Assembly (NCBI GenBank): GCA_964639105.1
Contig: CAZXBW010000001.1
Span: 1 to 61,007, forward strand
Source of the DNA: an uncultured Nitrososphaerota archaeon
GTDB lineage: Archaea > Thermoproteota > EX4484-205 > JAAOZO01
Reading direction: 5' to 3'
DNA length: 61,007 bases
The position numbers and the translations under genes are program-made. Of the stretch, positions 34,884-43,584 are shown in pieces. Within the stretch, counting starts at the first letter, position 1, and each line of letters opens with the position of its first letter. A model generated the notes under the pieces. It was not told the origin of the DNA. It saw only the letters and a program-made list of their open reading frames with translations, and did no database searches.

Positions 34884-35258
34884 ATGAAGGCTGCTGACGT
34901 CAGGTCGATTATGTCATCTCCCGTCGTCACCATTCTCTTCAACGAGCCCGTGAAGGTGGCTGTCAGCAAGATGGTTGAACATCAAGTAGGAGCAGTAGTC
35001 GTCGTTAGTGGTGGGCTTCCCGTTGGAATGGTAACCGAAAGAGATGTGCTCAAGATCGTAGCTGAGGGACGCGACCCGAACAAGATATTGACCTCTGAGG
35101 TCATGAGCAAACCGCTAGTCACAATAGGCCCTGATGCTCTAGTCACCCAAGCCATCGCATTGATGAAGGAGAAATCCATTCGTAGGATCCCGATTGTAAA
35201 GGAGAACAAGCTGCTCGGCATAGTGACTGAAAAAGAGATAATCCGAAATCTGCTGTAG
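34884..35258 (+). CDS. CBS-domain pair protein
   Basis: Two CBS repeats (IMSSPVVTI...GAVVVV; VMSKPLVTI...RRIPIV...LGIVTEKEI). Confidence 0.8.
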   Translation: MKAADVRSIMSSPVVTILFNEPVKVAVSKMVEHQVGAVVVVSGGLPVGMVTERDVLKIVAEGRDPNKILTSEVMSKPLVTIGPDALVTQAIALMKEKSIRRIPIVKENKLLGIVTEKEIIRNLL

Positions 35259-35347
35259 ATCCGCTGCCCACATTTCCTCCGCTCGTGACCCTAGCCGGCC
35301 AGAGATCCATTCATACGGCCAGATCAGAGGTTTCTGGTTGTTTCCGC

Positions 35348-36049
35348 TTACAGGAAGTACATCACAGCGAATGCGGCGAAGGGCACCGTGAAGTTGTCGA
35401 ATGGCTGCATAGGACCGACGGTCAACAATTCCACTGCCGTACCGACAAGAGATCCGACCAACGCGGTCGTCAGGATGCGACTCAGTGGGATCGCAGCGTA
35501 GAAGGTTGATGATATGAACAGGGCCAGCGAGGCACCCAAGAAGCCAGCAAGAAGCATCAACACCGAACCCTCGATCGATTTCTGCGAGAAGGAGTACTTG
35601 TGCCTGTTCTCGATGAATGGTGCGAACATCGATGCGGCACCATCACCCCACGCCATTATCATGACCGACGCCATTATCAGATCTCTTCTACTCCATCCCA
35701 CCAAGATCAGAACTCCTATGGAGATTATGTAGTACAGAGGGCCGTAGGCATGTGCCCCAGCGGTTTCCTTCTCATCAACCATGGCTGTAGAGATGAATGA
35801 CTTCTTGGCAAATGCCAAGGCCAAACCGACCACTAGCCCTAGGCCGACCGGAATCATGAACGGGTAATACCACTCGGAGGTCAAGGGAAGCACCAACACC
35901 GAAGCACCTGCAAAGAGATGTATGATGTGTCTTGTGAAGGTAGACTTGAGTGAAAGCCTCCGCCTGGCGATCTCGGCTCCTATGAGGAGTGCGAGCACGT
36001 AGACGTAAACCGCTAGAATGATACCGATCTCACTGAAGTCAAGAACCAT
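35348..36049 (-). CDS. Polyprenol/dolichol kinase-like membrane protein (CdsA/DolK superfamily)
   Basis: Multi-TM protein with the WGDGAASMF...SQKSIEGSVLMLLAGFLG signature of the CTP-dependent cytidylyltransferase/kinase family. Confidence 0.55.
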   Translation of the reverse strand: MVLDFSEIGIILAVYVYVLALLIGAEIARRRLSLKSTFTRHIIHLFAGASVLVLPLTSEWYYPFMIPVGLGLVVGLALAFAKKSFISTAMVDEKETAGAHAYGPLYYIISIGVLILVGWSRRDLIMASVMIMAWGDGAASMFAPFIENRHKYSFSQKSIEGSVLMLLAGFLGASLALFISSTFYAAIPLSRILTTALVGSLVGTAVELLTVGPMQPFDNFTVPFAAFAVMYFL

Positions 36050-36163
36050 CGGCTGGTGCTGCCTCTGATAATCACATAAAAGCCTTGTAATTGTGGTGGC
36101 TAGCGATTGCGGCCGCCGGTTTTGGACACCAAAGCCTTTTGAAGAGACGCCTCACGGAAACTC

Positions 36164-36838
36164 GTGCGATTCGAGGACTCCATCGACACGATCGCTCTCC
36201 TAGGCGGAACTGGCAAACTGGGCAGGGGATTGGCTCTGAGATGGTCTGCCAAGAGGGAGGTCATAATCGGCTCGAGGTTCAGACCCAAGGCGGAGGCGGC
36301 CGCTGAGGAGGTTCGCCGACTTCTCAAAGGGAAGCAAAGTGCCAGCAACGTGCGAGGTATGTTGAACCGCGAGGCCGCCAAGGAGGCAGATCTTGTGGTC
36401 TTCTGTGTGGAGCTCCGTCACGCGCTGAGGCTTGCAGGCCGTATTCGGGGAATCCTGAGGGACAAGCTTGTGTTATCCCCGATAGTATCTATGGGACACA
36501 GGGGCAACCTTCGCACCCCGAAGCTGAAGCCTCCGACCAGTGCGGCCGTCAGACTGGCTAGGGCTCTTGGCCAAAGGTCCAACGTTGTGTCCGGTCTTCA
36601 CACGATACCCGCCTTCATGCTCTATTCTTCTGAGCGACTTCACGACTACTCCGTTGTGATCTACGGGGAACAGCCGGCCAAGGGGATCGTCATGCGTCTG
36701 GTCAACGAGATAGAAGGCCTCCACTCGTTGGATGGCGGACCCTTGGAGATGTCATTCCTTTCTGAGAGTGCCACACCCCTCATCCTGAATCTGAACGAGC
36801 TCAACGCGGGGCGCATCCGTTCCGTCAGATACTACTGA
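36164..36838 (+). CDS. npdG: NADPH-dependent F420 reductase-like protein (NpdG/Fno family)
   Basis: IALLGGTGKLGRGLALRWS...VIIGSR Rossmann N-terminus typical of NpdG. Confidence 0.6.
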   Translation: MRFEDSIDTIALLGGTGKLGRGLALRWSAKREVIIGSRFRPKAEAAAEEVRRLLKGKQSASNVRGMLNREAAKEADLVVFCVELRHALRLAGRIRGILRDKLVLSPIVSMGHRGNLRTPKLKPPTSAAVRLARALGQRSNVVSGLHTIPAFMLYSSERLHDYSVVIYGEQPAKGIVMRLVNEIEGLHSLDGGPLEMSFLSESATPLILNLNELNAGRIRSVRYY

Positions 36839-36901
36839 CGTAAGTGCGGGGGACTAGGCGATAACCTTCCTTAATTAGTTGCCGAAAGATCACAACCCAG
36901 A

Positions 36902-37948
36902 ATGGGCAGAACCATAAGGTGGGAGAAGGGAGCCGTCGTCACCATCGACCAGACACTTCTTCCCCACCATTTCAAGACCATCAGGTTGCGAACCATGCCG
37001 CAGGTTCTAGAGGCTATAAGAACAATGAGGATCAGAGGCGCCCCCATAATTGGGGTGGCATCCGCATACGCGTTAGCTCTGGAAGCTTACAGAGGTAGAC
37101 ACATTCCAAAGGAGCGATTGGTACGACGACTCAGGAAGGCGGGTGACCTACTCCGGTCGAGCAGACCAACCGGGAGGGACATGCACAAGGCTGTCGAGAG
37201 AGTTCTTTCTCGAGTCGCAACCGCGAATGGAGACATCGGTCATGTGACCCTTCTTGAAGCTCAAGCCATCGCGGGTGAGTACGAGAGAGCGGAAAGACAG
37301 CTAGTGAAGAATGGACAGATCCTAATCGAAGACGGTGATGTGGTGTTGACCCACTGCAACAGCGGCCCGCTCGCGACCGTGGCGTGGGGCACGGGGCTTG
37401 GCATACTGCTCCGCGCTTGGAAGTCTGGGAAGAGGATCTCCGTGATTGCCACGGAGACGAGACCGATGCTGCAGGGCGCTAGGCTGACCGCTTGGGAACT
37501 CAAACACAATGGAGTTCCCTTCAGGCTGGTAACGGACGACATGGTTGGGTATGTGATGGCGCGTGGCTTGGTTGACAAGGTTCTAGTGGGAGCGGACAGG
37601 GTTTGGAGCGATGGCAGTGTCGCCAACAAGATAGGGACGCTGACTATCGCCAGTCTTGCCAAGGAGTACGAAATTCCTTTCTATGTCGCGGTGCCCGTGT
37701 CCACGTTCGACTTGGAAAGTACGCCGAGTTACAGCATCGTCGAGATGAGAGATCCCAAGGAGATTCTAGAGATCGGGCGGGAGAGGATTGCCCCGTTAGG
37801 AACGAAGTGCTTGAATCCGGCCTTCGACATAACTCCCGCAAATCACATCACAGCCATAGTGACGGAATGCGGGGTACTACACCCTCCTTTCAGACGAAGC
37901 ATTGGCAGGGTTTTGTCGGGACAGGACCACACCGGCAGCACAGCCTAG
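36902..37948 (+). CDS. mtnA: Methylthioribose-1-phosphate isomerase family (aIF-2BI/MtnA)
   Basis: IRWEKGAVVTIDQTLLPHHF...IRTMRIRGAPIIGVASAYALAL matches the MtnA-type eIF2B-related family. Confidence 0.75.
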   Translation: MGRTIRWEKGAVVTIDQTLLPHHFKTIRLRTMPQVLEAIRTMRIRGAPIIGVASAYALALEAYRGRHIPKERLVRRLRKAGDLLRSSRPTGRDMHKAVERVLSRVATANGDIGHVTLLEAQAIAGEYERAERQLVKNGQILIEDGDVVLTHCNSGPLATVAWGTGLGILLRAWKSGKRISVIATETRPMLQGARLTAWELKHNGVPFRLVTDDMVGYVMARGLVDKVLVGADRVWSDGSVANKIGTLTIASLAKEYEIPFYVAVPVSTFDLESTPSYSIVEMRDPKEILEIGRERIAPLGTKCLNPAFDITPANHITAIVTECGVLHPPFRRSIGRVLSGQDHTGSTA

Positions 37949-37993
37949 TACGAGCACAAACCCTTTAAGCGAGCTCACTGCCCGGCGTGTAAC

Positions 37994-38533
37994 TTGGGAG
38001 ACAGAATCAGGACTGTAGAGGGATTTCAGGGCGCTGCCTTCGGCCTCGCGGACGGGGTGATATGCATCCTAGGCATGATAGTGGGTGTTGCCGTGGCCAC
38101 CAGCGACGTGAAGTTCATTCTTATCGCAGTTATCACCGGAGGGCTAGCTGATGCGCTTGGCAACTCGTTTGGATTCTACCTCTCTGAGTTGACCGAGAGA
38201 GGAACACAAATCTATCAGAGATCTCAGGGGAGGGATGTCTCCACCCATACTATGAGAGAGGTCCTAGTAAGCGGAATCCTCTCCTTCGCCGCCACTGTGT
38301 TCGCGCTCGTCATTCTCCTCACACCCTTCCTGCTGACCGACATGTGGACAGCCCTGGCCTTGTGCTGCGTCGAAGGGATCGTGGTCCTTTTCCTACTTGG
38401 CCTATATGTGGGCCAGCTGAGCGGCGAGAACACCATCAAAATGGGAGTGAGATACGTCACCCTTGGCGCGATAGGTGCTGTGCTGTCTTTCGCAGTCGGC
38501 GACGTCTTGAAAATCGTGTTGCTCAGTATCTGA
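37994..38533 (+). CDS. VIT1/CCC1-family membrane protein (short form), tentative
   Basis: GAAFGLADGVICILGMIVGV and GGLADALGNSFGFYLSE resemble the VIT family. Several TM helices. Confidence 0.45.
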   Translation: MGDRIRTVEGFQGAAFGLADGVICILGMIVGVAVATSDVKFILIAVITGGLADALGNSFGFYLSELTERGTQIYQRSQGRDVSTHTMREVLVSGILSFAATVFALVILLTPFLLTDMWTALALCCVEGIVVLFLLGLYVGQLSGENTIKMGVRYVTLGAIGAVLSFAVGDVLKIVLLSI

Positions 38534-38539
38534 TGCCGA

Positions 38540-39724
38540 TCACTCGAGTGCCTTGAATTTCCACTCCTTTTCCTGTTCCGACATCTTCTCGACAATAGAG
38601 GTAGCCTTGTCACCCCCAATGGCGAGAAACAGCCTTGTGACGTGTTTGCAGAACTTCTTCTCCTTTGACTCCCGGGTCCAATCAGGGCAGTCGTGTGCGA
38701 TCGTCTTGTGATCCAAGTCAATGACAACCTGATACTCTTTGATCTTGGAGGCGATTCGATGATCGGATTCCTCCAAGATTTGCACCTCCTTGTCTCCTAT
38801 TGTTCTAGCTCTCTCCAGCCTAGCTCTGTCCGTGAATTTCAGTAAGAGGAACTCGAGCGAACCAGCTTGCTCGGTTGTCGTTCCCGGCGGGAGCTTGTGC
38901 ATTTTCGCACCAGAGGGTGAACCAGGCGGGTGATCGGTAAGCCACTTCTGCACATGTTTCAGCACCTTGACCTGCGGCTGCGTGATCTCGCCCAACATCT
39001 CAAGGATCTGCAGACAATTCTCCACAGCGTAGCCGTGGTAGTGGTTGTTGAAGAAGCCGTAAACATGCTCGCTATTCCTTTCCGCCTCCTTGATCTTTGG
39101 GATCCAGGGCTTCAATTCATCCGGTGTGTATCTGTAGTTATACCAAGGATGTCTACCATGTCCATGCCATCTGAAGTACGAGAGATCAGAGGTTACCTTC
39201 AGGTCGGGGGGGAGGAGCGGCTCGTCAACTATAGTATAAGACACGTTGTAATTCGAGAGCAACTGCCACGTCTCAGCCCTGAGCCAAGACAGGTGCCGGA
39301 ACTCAACCGCGAACCTCAGATCCTTTGGGAGTAACCCCAAGAAGGCCTCTAGGGTCTTTGGATCAAACTTGAGACTGGGCGGTAACTGAACTAGAATGCA
39401 CGCCAGTTTGCCGGAAGAGGATAATGGCTCCATCAACTGAAGGAATCTGTAGAGATCGTCTTCTACCTGCTCCTTAGCCCCCAGCATTTTGTTGTGCGTA
39501 ATGACTTGAGGCAGCTTGGCAGTGAAAGTGAATTCGGGCGGGCTATAGCGACCCAAACCGATTACTGTCCCCTTCGAAGGGTAGGCGTAGAAGGTCGAGT
39601 CTATCTCGACTGTATTGAATATCGTGGAATATCTGGAGAGCTTGCGCTCCTTTCCATCAGCATAGACCGGACCCACCCACTCCTCATAGCTCCACCCTGA
39701 GGTTCCCAGCCTCAGATCCTTCAT
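38540..39724 (-). CDS. DUF72 (YecE/UPF0759) TIM-barrel protein fused to a C-terminal SWIM-type zinc finger
   Basis: N-terminal LRLGTSGWSYEEW...FNTVEIDSTFY is the DUF72 signature. The C-terminus HDCPDWTRESKEKKFCKHVTRLFLAIG resembles SWIM (CxC...CxH, with the first Cys replaced by His). Confidence 0.7.
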   Translation of the reverse strand: MKDLRLGTSGWSYEEWVGPVYADGKERKLSRYSTIFNTVEIDSTFYAYPSKGTVIGLGRYSPPEFTFTAKLPQVITHNKMLGAKEQVEDDLYRFLQLMEPLSSSGKLACILVQLPPSLKFDPKTLEAFLGLLPKDLRFAVEFRHLSWLRAETWQLLSNYNVSYTIVDEPLLPPDLKVTSDLSYFRWHGHGRHPWYNYRYTPDELKPWIPKIKEAERNSEHVYGFFNNHYHGYAVENCLQILEMLGEITQPQVKVLKHVQKWLTDHPPGSPSGAKMHKLPPGTTTEQAGSLEFLLLKFTDRARLERARTIGDKEVQILEESDHRIASKIKEYQVVIDLDHKTIAHDCPDWTRESKEKKFCKHVTRLFLAIGGDKATSIVEKMSEQEKEWKFKALE

Positions 39725-39778
39725 GTACTGACGATCAATCAGGCTTAACTCGTCAGGTGATAAAGGATTTCACATAGC

Positions 39779-40708
39779 TTGCCTAAGGTGTTCGTCGGAG
39801 CTGGTGGGTGGGCATATTTCCGAGGGCCTTGGCGAGGAAATCTGGAGGCCTACGCAAGAGCTTTCAACTTCGTGGAAGTAAATTCCACCTTCTACTCGTT
39901 CCCTGACATCCAACTGGTAAGATCATGGAGGAAGAGAGTTCCTGAATCGTTCCAGTTTTCAGTGAGAGGCCACGGTGATCTCACACACCGGTATGAACTC
40001 CGGCCTGTCGACGAATCCTTCGATGCCTACTACAAGATGGTCGATATCTGCAACAACCTTGATGCAGAGATCTTGCATCTGTTGACTCCTGCCCGGGTGA
40101 GATTAGACGATCAGGGAATCCGTGAGATAGCAGAGTTCTTCTCTTCCATCGACTTGGAGAACCCGAGGCTCGCTTGGGAAATAAGGGGGCAGCGGACACC
40201 AGGAGAATGGGAGAAGTTGACCCGCGTAATGCAGGACCGCAACATAGTACACTGTGTCGACCTCTCAGTAGAACACCCAAGGGTTCGGTCCGACATTCTG
40301 TATGCACGACTATTCGGAAAGGGGGTTCACAATCTGTACCAGTTTGACGACAGGGAACTCCGTGAGATCAATACCCAAGCCGACAAGCAATCGGGGAGAT
40401 CCTATCTCATATTCCACGGAGGCAGGATGTACGAGGATGCTGCGAGACTCAAAACGTATCGAGAGACCGGCCAGTTCCCGAGAGCGCGCGGCCCAACTGG
40501 TGTGGAGTCGCTGATGAGGATCATGGGAGAGGATGCGGTCTTCCCGGCGACGAAGACGGAACTCACCAGAAAACAAGGGTGGAAGGTTATAGACACGACT
40601 TCGGATCAGAGATCTCATGCTTCGTCTCTGCTGGAGCGGCTCCCGGACAGGGAATACTCGGACCTAAACGACGTACGTCAAGGCCTGAGTGAAACAGGGA
40701 CCGACTGA
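39779..40708 (+). CDS. DUF72 protein fused to a C-terminal DUF2795-like module
   Basis: VGAGGWAYF...FNFVEVNSTFYSFP is the DUF72 signature. The C-terminus AVFPATKTEL...LLERLPDREYSDLNDVRQGL matches the DUF2795 pattern. Confidence 0.7.
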   Translation: MPKVFVGAGGWAYFRGPWRGNLEAYARAFNFVEVNSTFYSFPDIQLVRSWRKRVPESFQFSVRGHGDLTHRYELRPVDESFDAYYKMVDICNNLDAEILHLLTPARVRLDDQGIREIAEFFSSIDLENPRLAWEIRGQRTPGEWEKLTRVMQDRNIVHCVDLSVEHPRVRSDILYARLFGKGVHNLYQFDDRELREINTQADKQSGRSYLIFHGGRMYEDAARLKTYRETGQFPRARGPTGVESLMRIMGEDAVFPATKTELTRKQGWKVIDTTSDQRSHASSLLERLPDREYSDLNDVRQGLSETGTD

Positions 40709-40855
40709 ACTTCACCTTACATGGAAGTGTCGTCATCGATCGCGATCTTGTTCTCCCTGAACCAGGGGTCTCTTCTTCTTGAATACTGTGACCACCTGTC
40801 TTGATAGAGAGCATATCGGCATGCGCGAAGACTGAAGTGTCAAAAGTCGAGGTGG

Positions 40856-40940
40856 TGCGGGAGGTGGGATTTGAACCCACGAACCCCTTCGGGACGAGGG
40901 CCTGAGCCTCGCACCTTTGACCTGGCTTGGCGACTCCCGC
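40856..40940 (-). tRNA. tRNA-Leu (anticodon CAG), no insertion; CCA follows in the genome (40853-40855)
   Basis: Reverse complement GCGGGAG TC GCCAAGCCAGGTCAAAGGTG CGAGG CTCAGGC CCTCG TCCCGAAGGGGTTC GTGGG TTCAAAT CCCAC CTCCCGC A CCA. Confidence 0.85.
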
Positions 40941-40966
40941 AGTCTTCACTCCTCCGAGGGCCGGCG

Positions 40967-40978
40967 TTAATAAAAATT
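40967..40978 (-). promoter_or_regulatory. TATA-like box upstream of tRNA-Leu(CAG)
   Basis: Minus strand AATTTTTATTAA centred about 30 nt upstream of the tRNA 5' end. Confidence 0.4.
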
Positions 40979-41250
40979 GAAACGAACAAATGGTAGTGTT
41001 GTCGAAAATCTCATTGTCGACTGAGCCGATCGTGACGAGAATGATCTAGCGGATTGCGGGACATGAAAGGCGCCGCGGGCAGGAATCTCACAGGACCACA
41101 ACCCGCTTTGAACCTGCAGCTCCCGGGAGGGAGACCAGATCTCGAGTCTGGCGCGTTGAGCCTGGTTCCGCCACCGCGGCTGTTCGTTCCGAACCGCCGA
41201 GGGGTTTTAACCTTACTCTCCGAAATGAATAGCGCGACGGCTGCTGGATC

Positions 41251-42474
41251 TCATTTGATTGGAGCTAGGAGTTGTACGATCATCGAATCCGACCGCAAAG
41301 CCCTCAGGACTGGATCCGCTGGAACCGCGAGCCGCAATCTCCTCGTCCTCCCATGACGGCCGAGATTCACGATTTTGCCCTGTACTAGTCCCAGCATCTC
41401 AAGTTCATTCAGGAGCATCGCAACCCTACGATAGGTAAGATCAGGAACTCCCAGTGTGGAGCTGCGCTTCAGGTACTCGGAGTATATCTCGCCGCTCGTT
41501 GGGAACCCCTCACCTTGTGATGACGAAACGAGTGCCGCCAACAGGATCTTCGAATGTAAAGGCAGAGACCTGCATGCCTCAAAGACGTGATCGTCCTCGA
41601 TCTTACGTGTGGCCACTTGAACATCCTCGCTCGTCACGGAGTTCCCACCCCTCCGCTCAGCTATCTCGCCAGCTACCCTGAGAAGATTCAACGCCCTCCT
41701 TGCGTCGCCGTGCTCCGACGCCGAGAGTGCTGAGACCAAACTGATCACTGGCGACGGAGCAACACCCTCGTTGAAGGCCATGTTCGCCCTGATCTGCAGA
41801 ATCTCCCGCAACTGGTCCGCCGTGTATGGTGGAAATATGATCTCCTCCTCGCTTAGGGTGCTCAAGACGCGAGGGTCCAGATACTCCTTGAAGGATAGAT
41901 CATTCGAGATCACGACAAGCGTCACCTTTGACTCGGGAAGACTTTCATTCACTCTACTCAGCTCATACAGAAGGTCGTCCCCTGCCTCCTTTATCAAGAC
42001 ATCAACCTCATCCAAGATCAAGAGCAGGTTCGTTGGCTGGGACTTCATCCTCACCACCACGCGACTCAGAACCTCACCGGTTGCCAGGCCCGTGAATGGT
42101 ATTTGCATACCAAGGGCCTCCGCCACCCTGGCCAAGACTCTGTAGCCCGTTCCCTCGAGCCTGCAGTTGGTGTAAGCCTCGACGAATGGGATCCCCCTCT
42201 CTTGTGCCTTTGCTTGCATTAGCTTCGCAATCAGCCTCACGCACGCTGTCTTTCCCGTGCCCGTCTTGCCGTACAGTAAAGCGCTCGAAGCCTTACTGCC
42301 CCGTAGCATCGGGGCAAGCACCTCTCCTAGGCGCCGGAGCTCGTCCTCCCTGTGTGGTAGCTGAGATGGGATGAAGTCATGTCTCAGGGCGTCCCGATCC
42401 TTGAAGATCGTACCCTTCGTCAGGATTGACTCAAGGTACGCATCTATCTCGCCGAGATTGCTGCCTTGGCTCAT
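41251..42474 (-). CDS. orc1: Orc1/Cdc6 replication initiator
   Basis: LPHREDELRRL, Walker A YGKTGTGKT, Walker B LILDEVD, and a C-terminal winged helix (LLNELEMLGLV). Confidence 0.9.
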   Translation of the reverse strand: MSQGSNLGEIDAYLESILTKGTIFKDRDALRHDFIPSQLPHREDELRRLGEVLAPMLRGSKASSALLYGKTGTGKTACVRLIAKLMQAKAQERGIPFVEAYTNCRLEGTGYRVLARVAEALGMQIPFTGLATGEVLSRVVVRMKSQPTNLLLILDEVDVLIKEAGDDLLYELSRVNESLPESKVTLVVISNDLSFKEYLDPRVLSTLSEEEIIFPPYTADQLREILQIRANMAFNEGVAPSPVISLVSALSASEHGDARRALNLLRVAGEIAERRGGNSVTSEDVQVATRKIEDDHVFEACRSLPLHSKILLAALVSSSQGEGFPTSGEIYSEYLKRSSTLGVPDLTYRRVAMLLNELEMLGLVQGKIVNLGRHGRTRRLRLAVPADPVLRALRSDSMIVQLLAPIK

Positions 42475-42746
42475 GATGTCCGTGTCTGCCTCGCTTCATC
42501 CAACTCCGAGATAAGACGAGACGTCCGATTTTCTCGACTTATTCGACGAAGACCCTCTAACCCCCTCTCCCGTCGGCTTCCACTCGACGGATGTCTTCTT
42601 GACGTGGTGGGTTAGGGTATGTAGTGGTCTCTCCGGATGTCTTCCTAGTCGGCCCCTGACGCTATTGTGTCACGCGCTCGGCTGCGCTACAGCTTACACT
42701 ACACTTTCATAGGGCCCACGCATAGCGACGGAACTGCAATCGCGCG

Positions 42747-42773
42747 GTTCCACTGGAAAGAGAGGGGTGGGGG
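42747..42773 (+). repeat. ORB-like element 1
   Basis: GTTCCACTGGAAAGAGAGGGGTGGGGG: the dyad TTCCACTGGAA plus a G-string, as in archaeal origin recognition boxes. Confidence 0.6.
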
Positions 42774-42847
42774 TGGCTGTCCGTTCTCTCATGAGTTAGG
42801 TCCATCCGAGCTAGGACGATGATGATTAACTGTGAAAGAGGCTGATG

Positions 42848-42870
42848 ACCCCTGTGTTTCCACTGAACAG
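42848..42870 (-). repeat. ORB-like element 2 (inverted relative to elements 1 and 3)
   Basis: Reverse complement CTGTTCAGTGGAAACACAGGGGTC. Confidence 0.6.
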
Positions 42871-42994
42871 CGCAGAATAGCAGGATTTCTGGCACCCTGG
42901 CGCGGCGGGCCTAACAGATCGCCGCTTTCTTGGGGCCATTGGTGGAAAAATCGTGAAGTTTGGCTAATGAGCCCCAATAACGGTGAACTTCACC

Positions 42995-43013
42995 TTCAGT
43001 GGAAATCAGGGGG
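42995..43013 (+). repeat. ORB-like element 3
   Basis: TTCAGTGGAAATCAGGGGG. Confidence 0.6.
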
Positions 43014-43056
43014 TGAGGAACTCGTTATATGAGAAACTGGAAGCCTTCGTTAGCGA

Positions 43057-43584
43057 ATGAAGAAGGGTCGCTTCACGGCTGAGCTCACTGAGGATGATGG
43101 CTCGAAGGTCAAGGTAACCGTTGACGCCAAGGATCCAGAGGTGTCGCTCGGGAGGTTCCTGACAGTGATGAAGGAGCTGGGGGCCGCGAACGGATCCACC
43201 GACGAATCCGGGAGGCTTCCCCAGATTGAACCACCTGCGGTCGCGGAGAACGCCTTGGTGACCCGAAGGGCAGAGGATGAGCTCAGCTCCATGATGGTTC
43301 AGGGGGCTGCCCAAGACCCCGTGGCCTCTTGGGAAGGTGACTCGGGCCAGACGGACGGTGATACAAGATCGAAGATGAATAATGTCATGGTCCTCATGCG
43401 TTCCCTCCCTCGGAGTTGGTTCACGAGCAAGGATGTGAGGAGATTCTATGAGGAACGCTTCGGGGTCCGCGCGAATCTGACTGTTGTTTCGATGTACTTG
43501 GGAAGATTGGCAACACGCGGCTCATTAACAAGGGCCAAGTCCGGTAGATCGTTCAAATACAAGCTCGCGGAATCCGAGCGCTAG
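43057..43584 (+). CDS. Hypothetical protein with C-terminal winged-helix-like domain
   Basis: C-terminal FTSKDVRRFYEERFG...VVSMYLGRLATRGSLTRAKSGRSFKYKL looks like a wHTH domain. Starts 44 nt after ORB-like element 3. Confidence 0.4.
   Translation: MKKGRFTAELTEDDGSKVKVTVDAKDPEVSLGRFLTVMKELGAANGSTDESGRLPQIEPPAVAENALVTRRAEDELSSMMVQGAAQDPVASWEGDSGQTDGDTRSKMNNVMVLMRSLPRSWFTSKDVRRFYEERFGVRANLTVVSMYLGRLATRGSLTRAKSGRSFKYKLAESER

Larger units (their letters stand above)
42475..43056. other. Putative replication origin region (orc1-adjacent, contains ORB-like repeats)
   Basis: 582-nt non-coding region upstream of orc1/cdc6. It holds three copies of TTC(C)A(C/G)TGGAAA-N3-4-GGGG in mixed orientation. 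Confidence 0.6.

Noticed and set aside
36091-36421. Short ORFs 36091-36306 (+), 36100-36381 (-) and 36200-36421 (-)
   Set aside because: They overlap the start region of the NpdG-like gene, whose Rossmann motif supports the 36164 frame. They have no motifs of their own.
41110-41170. Possible SRP (7S) RNA helix 8, because of CAGCTCCCGGGAGGGAGACCAG resembling CCCGGAAGGGAGCA
   Set aside because: The conserved AGCA of the SRP54-binding loop is not present (it reads AGAC). I could not find helix 6, the Alu-domain or a long helix 5. The free space (about 270 nt) is marginal. It is kept only as a generic candidate structured RNA.
42819-42866. C/D-box sRNA-like arrangement (ATGATGA ... CTGA ... CTGA) in the origin region
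   Set aside because: The spacing from the C box to the first CTGA is 16 nt rather than about 12. No clean C' box is present, and the segment overlaps ORB-like element 2. It is more likely chance.
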